Origin: Octopus sinensis
Taxonomy: Eukaryota
Length of the DNA: 64,000 nt
Reading direction: 5' to 3'
Assembly: GCF_006345805.1 (NCBI RefSeq)
Contig: NC_043008.1
Coordinates: 32,426,001 to 32,490,000 of the forward strand
Below, one piece after another: positions 52,524 through 64,000 of the stretch. The stretch's first letter is position 1. Each line of letters starts with the position of its first letter. The notes under the pieces were generated by a model. It saw only the letters and a list, made by a program, of their open reading frames with translations, did no database searches and had not been told where the DNA came from. Both the position numbers and the translations under genes were made by a program.

Positions 52524-54176
52524 CCAACATATACAATTATTCTAGTGTGTGAGACCTTTTTATATAGTTCTAATTGATACTTACATTAAAATATCACCAA
52601 ATTACTAATATTTTTCACCTGCTGGCATGGGTTAGGTGAATATAAATTTATGAAGCCATATTTTACTGCCAGATGCCCTTACTGCTGTTAATTATTCCCT
52701 GCTTTTCAAATCAGGGAGTTTCCATTCCACTGAACTTCAAAAATACAGAAGTAGTTGATGACTTATTGGCATGGAAATGTCAGTACACATCACTCTGCAG
52801 CTCAGAGTATTTTCACATGTAGTGTAGACATACAGGCTTGTGTGTGTGTGTGCGTTCACATGTGCAGAATTTTGTTTAGTATCCATCTATTAAATTCACT
52901 TACCAAAACATTGGTCAACCCATGGCTGGGAAGCAAAGTGCTTGGTCACACAGCCATACTTGTGGCAACTGTTTTATATATATATATATGAAAGAAATAT
53001 TTGAAAAAATGTCTCCAGTACATTGTTCATGGGAAGGACTTCAATTCAAATTACTTTCATTTAAAGTTACTAATGCATAGATATCACTGTTTCCCTTTCA
53101 CTGAGATCTTGAGGTTTATATTTATGTTTGAAGCGTGGTGAAAGAAAATCTGAATTTCTGTTGTCACTCATCCTGCTTATTGTAGCAAACAGACCTTCCC
53201 TGCCAGAAATAACAGTTGAATTTTCTTCTAATCAGACTCTGTCATCTTTAAAATAGTCAGCTGGAGAGAGGACATAAAATAATGTTGCCCTAGATAGGCT
53301 GGTCATGCCTGAAACACCTCTCATCCTACGTCTGTTGAATCAGATAAGACCTGTGATTAAACAAGAAGAAAATATTGGCCACCATATTGCAATAGTGAAA
53401 ACTCAATAGACTTAATATGCAGTATTGTTCTCTCTCATGTTCCGCACTCCTTTGCTGATACTTTAAAGAGAAGCATGAATATCTCTAAATCCAAGTTTCC
53501 CTCTTCCTATGCAGGAATTATTTTTAGTAAAGTCTTGCTCAATTATTGTAAATTAACATCAAAGTTTAAATAGAATTATGTGATTCCACTAATCCTACTA
53601 AACTCAAGAATTTCTCTTTTCCTTTCTTTTGTTTGTGTTTCTATCTAATGTATATTTGTACCTAATGTATGTAATTATTTTGGCCTAATAGTAAAAAGGA
53701 AATTGCTCTTATTGTTGTTATTAATTATTATGTAATAATGAAGTGTTTAAAGAAGTAGAGTTAAAATAGAAAATATGCAGACCGCTTGGCAGAATGTGTC
53801 ATAAATGTATTATATTCTGCTACAAGATATCTGTTGCATCCTTGAGCAAGACACTTAGCACTTCCTACCTTATCTAATTAAGAAACCATTATATTCATCA
53901 TTGCAGTAATATATTACAAATTATTCTGGCTTCTATAGTTATCTTCTGAATAATGTTTACTGATTGAGTTTGTATTCATTTCTATGCTGTCCATTTCAGT
54001 AATTGAATTAGCTAAATTTTATTGATTTCCAATAATTATTATTCTTTTTTTTTTTTGGTCGTTTGTTGTTTTAAAATAAAATTCTTTTTTTTTTCTCTGT
54101 TTAATTATAAACCATCTTTGGAATCATTGAAGAACCATTGTTAATACTGTTGCCTGTGTTGTGTTTGTCTTTGCAG

Positions 54177-54270
54177 TGGTTTGAAGAGAAACAGCAACAG
54201 GTTGAGGCATTGGACACTCAGCTTCAGAAGTTACATAGAAGTGTAGAAAACTTGGTGCAACAACGAAGAG
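54177..54270 (+). CDS. SNX2: SNX1/2 exon (start of BAR domain): WFEEKQQQVEALDTQLQKLHRSVENLVQQRR(E)
   Basis: Acceptor gtctttgcag|TGG, donor G|gtgagt. It continues DETDE directly into WFEEK, as in SNX1/2 (MNESDxWFEEK). Not in the ORF track because it is too short. Confidence 0.95.
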
Positions 54271-54409
54271 GTGAGTAATGCCCCCCAATGTGGTGATGGT
54301 GTTGTTTTAATTTCAGTTTGACTTTAGTTGAGTAAAATCTATGATCAAAGGTATGCCAGCTGCGACCAGCTAGATTTTTTTAATATATTCTGCTAGTCAT
54401 CACTATCAT

Positions 54410-54790
54410 CATTGTCATCATCCATTTCCCATGCTGGCATAGGTTGGATGTTTTGGTAGGAGCTGACGAGGTCCCAATTGTCTCTTTTGGCATGGTTTCT
54501 ACTGCTTGATGCCCATTTAAATGTCAACCACCTTACAATGTGTGCAAGGTGCTTTTTAAATGCTACCTGCACATGTACATTTTATGTAGCACTGGCCCTT
54601 GCAAGACAAAGACCTCTTGGCCAGGAGAGGGAGTGAAGGCATGGTCTTTACGGTCATACCTGAATGTATGGGTTGTCTTGATTTTACTTAGCTTGATGTG
54701 TTTTCTCAAGCACTGCAAATTGCCAGAAGTCTCGGTCCTTTGTTATCTCTTCAGTGAGGCCCAGCATCAGAAGATCCTTTCTCACCAACA
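54410..54790 (-). mobile_element. RTE LINE 3' end
   Basis: The reverse strand gives a KDLLMLGLTEE.TKDRDFW-like C-terminus plus the shared RTE tail. Confidence 0.65.
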
Positions 54791-55385
54791 AATGTGATTT
54801 TTGGTTAAAACACTAAAAATCCAGTAAAGAGAAGGAAACACAGCACCAGTAGACTTTGGGTAGCCAGCTGTTAGAATAACTGATGCCAAAATCCATAAGC
54901 ATGTACAAACTTGCCAAAGAAATACTGACTACACTAGAATAATTGTCAAGATGTTAAATTGTAGAAAAAGAATTAGATGATGGTGCAGGCATAGCTTTGT
55001 AGATATGAAATTTGCTTCATAGTGATGTTTTTTTAGATTCTATCCCTCCACATAGCTTTCTGGGCAAGTGTCATCTATCATAGTATTTGATTAATCACTA
55101 CCTTTGAATGAAATTGGTGGATGGAAACTATAAGGAAGCCCATTAAATGTATGAGTCTGTAAATGTTTACATTCCACACGTCCTTGCTGGACATCATGAG
55201 TTAAATAGTGATGTTATGTTTACATCCCTTTGTGACACTGTGCTGTTGATTTGTGACTACAGGAAAATTTTGCCTCAGTAAGTGTTTGTACAACCCATAT
55301 TAGCATGGAAAATTGAACATAAAATGAATGAAATGCCTTTATTTTATGAAAGTTAAATTCCTTTTTGCTCTCTTTTTTTTTTCAG

Positions 55386-55591
55386 AGTTGTGTTTAAGCA
55401 CTGGTCAATTTGCCAAAAGTGCTGCAATGTTGGGCAATGCTGAAGAACATACAGCTTTGTCACGGGCCCTGTCACAGTTAGCTGAGACTGAAGAGAAAGT
55501 AGAGCTGTTGCATAAAGATCAAGCCGACCAGGACTACTATGTTATTTCGGAGCTGCTGAAGGATTACATCAACTTGATACAGTCAGTGAAG
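55386..55591 (+). CDS. SNX2: SNX1/2 BAR exon: [68 protein letters not shown]
   Basis: Acceptor ttttttcag|AG, donor AAG|gtttgt. Contains the [12 protein letters not shown] motif characteristic of SNX1/2. Confidence 0.97.
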
Positions 55592-57067
55592 GTTTGTGTT
55601 ATCTCTTTTAAATTGACTGATTGATTTTTTTATGTGACAATGTATTTGATGTTTGTTTGTTACCAAGAACTTGAGTCATTATGCATTTGTTAGTGTACTT
55701 AACCAATATTAATTGGTGCTTCTATGTGTGTGTGTATTTAGGTTAAGCTCCTTGGATCATAATCCTAAACTTTATGTTGTCAGTTATTGAAACATTTGAA
55801 GTAAAGAAGCAGCTATATAGGCAAAAATATTCGCAAACACATGAAGATACATCACAGAATCATCTGTTCAATTCTCATCTTAAGAACAAGTGAAATATTC
55901 ATCTGTTGACATGAAAAATTGCATATTTCCATGCTTTCGGTATCAAGTATAAAACATGAAAGCAAAGAAAATAGTAATTGTTAGTGCAGTTTTAGTGTGG
56001 CTGAATAGATGATTTTTTTTTTTTAATTATATGCTGATTTGATTCATTAACACTAAAACTTCATTATCAAAAGCTAATGAAGACTTGCAAATATATATTT
56101 GCAAATGAATAGATGATTATTTCCCACATGAAATCTATGCTGTACTTTTTATTCTAAATGTATTGTATGTTCTGCATATTGTTATTCAATAGATGAATGT
56201 GTGACTATTTTATAACGGTTTTACAGCAACCAATCAAATGTAGGTAATGTAGGCTCATTCTGATGTGTTTATGAATGTTTTTACTTACATATTATAGTTC
56301 CCACCCCACCCCACCCTACTCGTTTGAATAATTGTTGATATAAAATTAGTTACATTCAAAACTGTCAATTGTTCACTATATTTAATGTGGTAACTACATT
56401 TTTCGTCATTTGTAAATAAAAATGATCAGTAATCAATACATATTGATACAATAATTCAGAGATTTCATTAGGCTTGTGTATCATTTAATACTGACAATAA
56501 CTTTTGAGCTTAGTACTTTTAAGATTTGTATGTATCAAGTCATTCAGTTTGTATCTTTAAAAAAATTTTTTTTAGCCTAGTGTCTATTGCTAGAGTAAAT
56601 AAAGCAATTTGTCATCTCAGAAGTTTTGTCAGTTGTCAGTGATTCACTTATATTATAAAGTTTCTGTACATTTAGTTCTGGTCTGTGGTTTCAAATTTTT
56701 GAAAAAATACATCCTCAAATTGTCACAGAAATGTTTGATGCTTCTTCTGACACAGTGGCATGAATTATGGCTGTTTAAAATTAAAACTCTTTGCCCTGTA
56801 GAGAAACCCAACAAAATGCTTGCAAATGGATTTCATACAAATCAGCATATGTATCAACATGGAGAAATATCAATTAAAGTAAGGATGATAATGATTACAA
56901 TGAATAAAACTGCTGTAAAATCAGTGTAAACCAGCTATATATTTCACTCTGAGAGAGAGAGAGAGTTTGTATGTGTGTGATGCAGTTATTAATTTAATGT
57001 TTTTCTTTGTAATTCCTTCTGGATGTTTGTTTAATCATATTTGATATATTTTATCTCCAATTGCCAG

Positions 57068-57211
57068 GATGTTTTCCATGAACGTGTCAAATGTTATAAA
57101 AACTGGAAGGATGCTGAAGTGATGTTGGCCAGAAAGCGAGAGAACAAGGCTCGTCTTGAAGTGGCCCATAAAACTGATAAATTATCTCAAGCCCAGCAAG
57201 AAATTACAGAG
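57068..57211 (+). CDS. SNX2: SNX1/2 BAR exon: DVFHERVKCYKNWKDAEVMLARKRENKARLEVAHKTDKLSQAQQEITE
   Basis: Acceptor ttgccag|GAT, donor GAG|gtaaat, 144 nt, phase 0/0. Aligns by eye to SNX1 WQDAQATLQKKRE...KPDKLQQAKDEI.E. Confidence 0.96.
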
Positions 57212-57730
57212 GTAAATCAAACTTGATAGATATTATCTTACTTTACTTCTTAATTCATAAAATTATAGTTGTATGTCAGAAATGGTTTTAGAGCTGTAGA
57301 AGTCACTGTGGGAAAGTTGGAAGGGCTGTATCAAGGGATTGGGGAAGTGTAACAGGTTGATTGTGAAAGTGCAGCAGGTGTTAGTCTGATCAAAGTGTGG
57401 ACATAAAATAAAGTACCTTACTTTAAAAAAGAAGCAGCTATGGTTGACACCAAGAATACAACTTCAAGAAACAACTTTATATCATCCCCATATATTCACA
57501 CTGTTGAACATAAATACATATCAAAATACCAGGGCATTCAGCACACAAAACCCAAAGGTATAAGAATATACATATATACACATATAAAAATATGTGAAAA
57601 ACCTGTAAAGAATGACGTGTATGAAGAAAATACATGAAATTGACTAAAAATTAAAATAATAAGATAGTTAAACTATTAAAGGTAAAAGGAATCCAGAATA
57701 ATGACCATTGTAAAGTGCATGAAAGAATTA

Positions 57731-57812
57731 AGTCTACAGCTGTTTCAGTAGCCACTGCCATAATCCATTTACACATTAAAACACCAAGCCAGCAATGGCC
57801 CTTTCATCAGGA
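57731..57812 (-). ncRNA. Degenerate type I hammerhead motif next to a Penelope ORF remnant
   Basis: CTGATGA-aag-ggccattgc...gcagtggct-act-GAAA-cagctg-TA-gac. 9-bp stem II, palindromic stem III, but only 2 bp of stem I remain. Confidence 0.5.
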
Positions 57813-57899
57813 AAAACTATCTTCACCAAAGAAGTTTCACATTTTGGCATAGAACACTATTAGACACCTAATTTCAGCATCCATCACAAATTAAGAAAT

Positions 57900-58530
57900 T
57901 TTTATAATTTTACATGGCACAATATGAAAAGAAATATCACTAAATACAGCTCTTTTTAATAAAAATGTTTCCATACTTGTGATAAAAAAAATATATCTCT
58001 GAAATGCTCCAAATATCAACTCAGTCTGCCAAGCCTTACATATTATAAAATTTTAAATAAGTGTACTATAAAAGCTTCTTATCCAACAATACCAATTATC
58101 TAGCAATCCCTATTGGCTGTAAACCAAACAGTGAATCATCTAGCATCTAAAATATACAATCCTGCAACTGCATATGCTCAAGAATGTCCATTCAAACATA
58201 GATGCATACTAAAGTTATTGTTGGGTGTGCACAGTTAAAGCATATGTCAAAATCTTATATTGGTTTAAAAGCAATTTGTTCAAAATATAGATACAACACA
58301 GAAACACTTTCTGAACCAATGTAGAACTACAGACACTAGCTTATCCAATATAAAATTTGGACATAGTCTCTGTTTTAACTGTTGCACAGTCAACAACATC
58401 TTTTGTGATGTATCTATGGCAAGGTGGACATTTTGTTAAGCTTTTGCATTTGAAAGATCATACATTCAAACATTTGGATGAATCATAATTTGGTTTAGTT
58501 CTTATTCAACAAGGATGACGAAAAGTTTAG
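57900..58530 (+). mobile_element. Decayed Penelope-like element, C-terminal GIY-YIG region
   Basis: Frameshifted remnants of KRNI..Y...FNKNVS, C...ECPF..RC, SYIGL (58253-58267), YRYN and TSLS..I, the typical order in Penelope-like element (PLE) C-termini. Confidence 0.6.
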
Positions 58531-58759
58531 TGTGGTCAAATAGAAAACTTAGTGTTTTTGTTGAAAATTTCACAATATGTATGGGACTGTGAAGAGGGAA
58601 ATGTTTTGGAAACATTTTAAAGAATATTTTGCTTAACAAGTATTGGGACATTTTTATTAAAAGGAGTGTTATACCAAGTGATATTTATGAGTTTGTGTGG
58701 ATTGCCATTTTCTCTATAACTAATGTTTACAGTGAATCTATTATGTAATACTCATTATT

Positions 58760-59030
58760 GCATTACTTTAAAACATTATTTGGCCTTGTGACTAGTACAA
58801 CCTGATTAGATTTTGGGATTGATCCGGTACTAGACAAGGATTCTGGATTATTTTTTTGTTTTTTTTTTTACTTAATTTTTGTGAGCAGTCGGGTTCATTT
58901 TCAGTATTCTCCTTTGTGAGATAAGTTGAGTTTATTTGAGATATTCTCATTTTAAAAATCATCTCTGGTTAATTGTTGAGAGGACATTGGTGTTGCCTTG
59001 ACAGAGGTTTGCGCTCTCTGAGTGCTTTTG
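58760..59030 (+). mobile_element. Possible Helentron-associated (HINE-like) element 3' end
   Basis: ccttgacagaggt followed by the hairpin gcgctc-tct-gagtgc (59011-59025) and a T-run. The 5' subTIR was not resolved. Confidence 0.35.
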
Positions 59031-61260
59031 TTGACTATAACTTCATTGAAAGATTGGCTGGAAAAGTTCCTTAGAGACCCCCTAAATATCAAGAGGTAAA
59101 CTATAGCATTAAATGGAAATTGGTTTGTGTCACTAAACCATACAAGCAAGATATTGTTCTCAAATCTCCTACCCTTTCTCTACAGAAGTTCTGAACTAAC
59201 CTCAAGCTGTATATATAAATATGTATGCTAAAATATTTTAAGTTATTTATAAGTTACTGAAGAATATAAACTTCGTACATCAGTATATCCACCCCACCAA
59301 GAAAATTAAGTAAAATAATCTATATATATTCAATATACAGACAGTTATACTTCTGAAGAAGGTTTATGGTATTTACAGTTTCAGTGTAATCTATATAAAT
59401 TAAACTGTAAAGAACTTTCATGATTAATAATGCATCTCATAATTAATTTAATATAATATACACACCACTGATAGTCTAATTCTTATTCTATTATTAATAT
59501 TGGCTCATTTTCCTAATTAAAGCAATATATCATTTTATTATCTTAAAAACATACCCGTACCTGCATATATTTATATCAACAATACCACTGAATCTTCTAC
59601 TATAAATTTCTTTCTTGGCACTTTTGTTCTTAACTTGATGGCCTTTTCTAAAAAAAGACCTTTAGATCTTGGATTTCAGTGTAATGCATCATCATTACAT
59701 CAAGCTCATTTATATTTAATGTGATTCTTTCAAACTTATGTGATTTATAAATGAATTCACCAATTCAAATCTGCTACTGAATATAACATTCTTCACCTTA
59801 CTACACTTAATGTAATAATCTAATTTGAGATTGTACAATGCAAGGAAAAAGCATATTATACATACATTGGTTCTTATTTCACACAGTTCTTTACTTTCAC
59901 TGTGTTATTTAATTATCTGATATTCAATGTTATTTTGTATTACACTTGTTCTCAAAAATATATCATCATTGTCATTTAATTTGCACTTTTCCATGATTTG
60001 CATGGGTCAGACAGAATTTGTTGAGGCAAATTTTCTATGACTGGATATCCTTCCTCTTGCCAAATCCCACCTGTTTCCAAACAGGTTTCTATTTTCCCAG
60101 GGCCAGACCTGTATTTCATGAAAGACTAGAAACAAACAATCTTGCTTGTATGATGACAATGCTCATTTACAATCAGGTGATGTCTAATCAAGGATGCACA
60201 TGCATGTACACATGTACATACATACATACATACTTACATATATATATATATATATACATGTACACACACATACTTATATATATATATAATGGACTTCTTT
60301 CAGTTTCTGTCTATAAAATCCACTCAAAAAGCTTTGATCGGCCTATTGCTATAGTAAAAAATACTTGCCCAAGGTGTTGCACAGTAGGACTGAACTCATG
60401 ACCTCATGGTTGAGAAGGAAGCTTCTTAACTGCATGGCCATGCCTGTGCCTTCGTATAATTTAAAATACTCAAGATTTGAAGCCATTGCTCACTTTTTAT
60501 CTTTTGATGTTCAACTTCATTGGTTTGGAACTTAAATCTTAGATTTCATAATCAACAACGCACTACACTTAACCATACTGAAACAATGCATTGGCTGTAA
60601 AACTGCTCATTTTACAAATGATTCAAAGAAGTCATCAAATGTCATTAACCTCATTAAACAACAGACTCACTGTTGTTTATACAGACACTTCTCCTAAAGG
60701 TTTTCTGTAAAACCCACACACATGTCCCAAATACTTTTATCAGTGTGTTTATTTCCACAGTTTTTATCATATTGTAATTTATGCATCAATGCATGTTTAT
60801 TTATACACCATTCATGTAATTTCATTTCATTTTATCTATTTTCTTTGAGTCTCTCATTTCATTTCATTTTATTTTTATCTGCAATCATTCACTTATATCT
60901 TGAGCTGTTTTAATTCGTGACATATTAAAATTCCTCTTTTCCATTTGCCTCCTATTAAACATTATTCCCTGTCATAACTCTTTGCTCATTACTGCAATTA
61001 CGTAAGCAATATGTTTACAGGTGGCTTTTATTACAATTTTTGATAATTTGTCCTTTGAAACCACAATAAATTGTAATCTTCCACTGTTTCATCAAATTAC
61101 ATGGTTTAAATTATGTTTGTATCTGTATGATTTATTTACGTGTGTGTGTATGTGTAAAGTCAAAAACTAAAATTTATGATATTTCGTTTTTGGATTTGGT
61201 TTGCAAGATTCTTTGTGAGTTCGTGTATTGAAGCATATTCTGTTGTGTCTGGGGAGAGTC

Positions 61261-61463
61261 ATTTTCTTTTTGTGCCTTATAATTTAACACACTCACCGGT
61301 AAAATTTCCACTTATTTCTTATTTTTATTTTTCTAAAATTTTCATAGTGTCTTGTAACCTTTTCAATAGTCAAAAATATTGAAAATTTTAGAAAAATAAA
61401 AATATGGAATAAGTGGAAATTTTACTGGTGAGTGTGTTAAACTATAAGGCACAAAAAGAAAAT
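61261..61463. repeat. Fold-back element: 84-bp arms, 35-nt loop
   Basis: Arms 61261-61344 and 61380-61463 are reverse complements with 4 mismatches. Confidence 0.92.
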
Positions 61464-62616
61464 AGTAAACACTTGCCCAAGGTGTTGTGCTGTGGGACTG
61501 AACTTAGGACTGCATGAATGGGAAGGAAGCTTCTTAACTACATAGCCTGTGCCAAAAATGTTTATTTCTAAATCCTCTAAATGCCTTCTGCCAATATGGA
61601 TATCTAGTTGGAAAGTTCCTTTTCAAATTGAAAGTCTTTTTCTTTTTTTTTTTTTCAACCCCTCAAGCCTTGCAGTTGCCAGAGAAAGCTTTTTCTCTTC
61701 TTGCCACTGATGTTGTCCAAAGAAGTAGCAAAGATTGATACAGCTACACCTTTGTGCTATTACAGGTGTTGCTATCAGAGTGCAAAGATCCAGAACAAAT
61801 ATTGCATGCACTCATACTTTCATTTATTAATGTGATTCATGACCAATGACCATATGTTTCATCATCATGCATCCATTTTCCATGCTGGTATGGGTTGGAT
61901 GGCTTGACAAGAACTGGCAAGGCCAGGGGTTGCATCAGGTTCAATAGTTTGTTTTGAATTGGTTTCTATAGCCCTGTGAGTGAATGTCGTAGCTGGACAA
62001 CTGGTGTTGGTTTGTTTATGTTCCCATAACTTAGCAATTTGGCAATAAGAGACTGCCAAAATAAGAACCAGAATTCAAATAAAGAATTCCTGGAGTCAAT
62101 TTGTTTGATAAAATCTTTCTAGGTGGTGACCCTGCATGGCCACAGTCTAATGACTGAAACACAGAAATTAAAGATGTATAAGTGGGTTATTAAATGATAG
62201 TGCATATATATATATATTCATATATATATAATACATGCATACACATATATAAAATACACACACACAAATACATATATATATATATATATATATATATGTA
62301 TAATACACACTTGTATATTCATATATACACACACATACATGTATCATCATCATTTCACATCCTTTTTTCATGCTGGCATGAGTTATATGGTTTGACTGAA
62401 AACTGGTAAGCTGTGGAGCTGCACCAGGTTCCAGTCCTATTTGGCATGGTTTCTACACCTGGATGCCCTTCCTAATGTCAACTACTCCAAGCGTGTGGTG
62501 GGTGCTTTTTATGTGCCAGTTACATGACACTGGTGCCAGCCTTGACTATTCATGTATATATACATGTACACATAAATGCATATACAAATATATATTTCAT
62601 TGTATTCTCTTTTCAG

Positions 62617-62769
62617 TGGGAACAAAAACTAGAGAAAGGTCAAGAAGACTTTGAGAAAATATCAGAAATAATCCGGAAAGAAGTGAAGTTTTTTGAAGTG
62701 TGCAGAGTGGCTGACTTTAAAGCTGCTGTGATTACTTACCTGGAACATTTGATGGAGACTCAACAAAAG
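62617..62769 (+). CDS. SNX2: SNX1/2 BAR exon: WEQKLEKGQEDFEKISEIIRKEVKFFEVCRVADFKAAVITYLEHLMETQQK
   Basis: Acceptor ctcttttcag|TGG, donor AAG|gtgagt, 153 nt. Matches DFERIS..RKEV..FE...DFK...YLE.L...QQ. The terminal exon (expected YWEAFLPEAK-like) is not in the window. Confidence 0.96.
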
Positions 62770-62822
62770 GTGAGTAATGGATTGAAGAGAAGGATGAAGG
62801 CCATAGCTACTACAGAGTTGTG

Positions 62823-62864
<42 letters not shown>

Positions 62865-63243
62865 AATAGTAGTTCTTAATTTTGAGACTATAACTCAGTG
62901 CATTACCTTCCACTATTATGTAAAAAAAAATTTGACTTGGTAATCAATTGATGTTTTCTCTCTATCTCTCTCTCTTACAAACTATGTATACATACATTTA
63001 CACACACACACACACATATATATAGAGTTTGTGTAAGATATATATGGCCGAATAAGAAATTCCTTTGTACAGTATTATATCTTTGCAAAAGTGAATAGAA
63101 ATGGCATTTCGGATAATTTTTCCACTTTAATAATTTAATGTTCATTAGTTTACATGTCTAGGTTTTCAACCTTTTGTAAATTAATTATTAAAGTGGGATA
63201 ATTATCAGAAAAGCCATTTCTATTCATTTTTGCAAGTAATATA

Positions 63244-63296
<53 letters not shown>

Positions 63297-63306
63297 CACC
63301 CACCCA

Positions 63307-64000
63307 CAGGGTGTGGTGAATGAACTGTCATCTAAATTACGCAAAAATGAAAATAACACTGACACCTCATTTTAACAGATATATTTACCAAAATTACATA
63401 AAAAATATCTTGGAACACTAAAGAGTAAATTTATTCAATGAAATCATCATTGGGTTCAACCACACCCTCCAGATGACTTTGGAATCTCCTGCAACTCTTC
63501 TGGACAGTCTCTTTGTTTAGGATGATGAATACTGCCATAATCTTTGCCTTCAGTTGATCTTCGGTGTTACAAGGAGTTTGTTGGTCTCTTGCTCAACTGC
63601 ACCCCACACAATAATCAAGGAGGTTGCAGTCTGAGGAGTTAGGTGACCAGATGTTAGGAGTGACGTGGTTGCAAAAATTGTCTGACAGCCATGACTGGGA
63701 TCCCCTGCTTGTGTGGCATGGGGCAGAGTCCTGTTGCCAGACGTAGGGTTTTCTTGATCCAGGGCAGCACTACCTCCTCCAGGCACTTGATGTAGGTCTC
63801 CATGTTGAGTTTGAGGCTGTGTGGAATGATGAATGGAGGTATATCACTATCACTAGTGATCACTCCAAACACCATGATGTTGACTGGATGTTTGATTTTT
63901 ATTACTCTTGGTATGTCCTCAGATTGACACCCAAACATTCTGAAATGTATGTATTAGAGTTTCCAGCTCAAATGCCAAGCAGTACAACATGTTGTTTCCA
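63307..64000 (-). mobile_element. Second copy of the same maT deletion derivative (cut by the window end)
   Basis: Colinear with 20359-21050; the end begins CAGGGTGTGGTG. Confidence 0.88.

Larger units (their letters stand above)
2649..54176 (+). other. 51,528-bp phase-0 GT-AG intron of the SNX1/2 gene
   Basis: The flanking exons encode contiguous SNX1/2 sequence (DETDE|WFEEK), so no conserved constitutive exon is missing. Confidence 0.9.

Noticed and set aside
59353-59420. CTGAAGA followed by an inverted repeat (possible hammerhead)
   Set aside because: No GAAA/NUH core after the stem.
205-63938. Most short ORFs in the supplied track (CVCV/YIYI/THTH-rich, hydrophobic)
   Set aside because: They are translations of microsatellites, SINEs and RTE tails, with no splice-consistent or domain evidence.
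1-64000. CRISPR arrays, rRNA, intact transposase or RT genes
   Set aside because: None seen; the DNA is eukaryotic and all TE coding remnants are interrupted.

Overview
AT-rich, microsatellite- and SINE-dense animal genomic DNA. The repeat repertoire looks like a coleoid cephalopod (Octopus-like); this is an inference, not a database result. The only protein-coding gene I can support is a sorting nexin-1/2 orthologue (PX-BAR) on the + strand. Six coding exons (1609-1687, 2456-2648, 54177-54270, 55386-55591, 57068-57211, 62617-62769) splice GT-AG in one frame, from the end of the PX domain through most of the BAR domain. The first and last exons lie outside the window. One phase-0 intron is 51,528 bp (2649-54176). 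The introns carry tRNA-headed SINEs, RTE-LINE pieces and tails, maT (DD37D) derivatives, hAT- and piggyBac-type MITEs, Penelope-like remnants and long palindromes. The best leads are: (1) a TSD-flanked inverted element combining a tRNA-like head with minimal hammerhead-ribozyme motifs (28514-28961), plus two other Penelope-type hammerhead motifs; (2) a 21-nt in-frame microexon or recursive-splice site at 16429-16449, with weaker in-frame candidates, inside the giant intron; (3) a CpG-rich patch holding an in-frame 81-nt cassette candidate; (4) a tRNA-iMet pseudogene followed by a perfect 23-bp hairpin. Everything was read by eye. Repeat boundaries are approximate unless a TSD or TIR is quoted.
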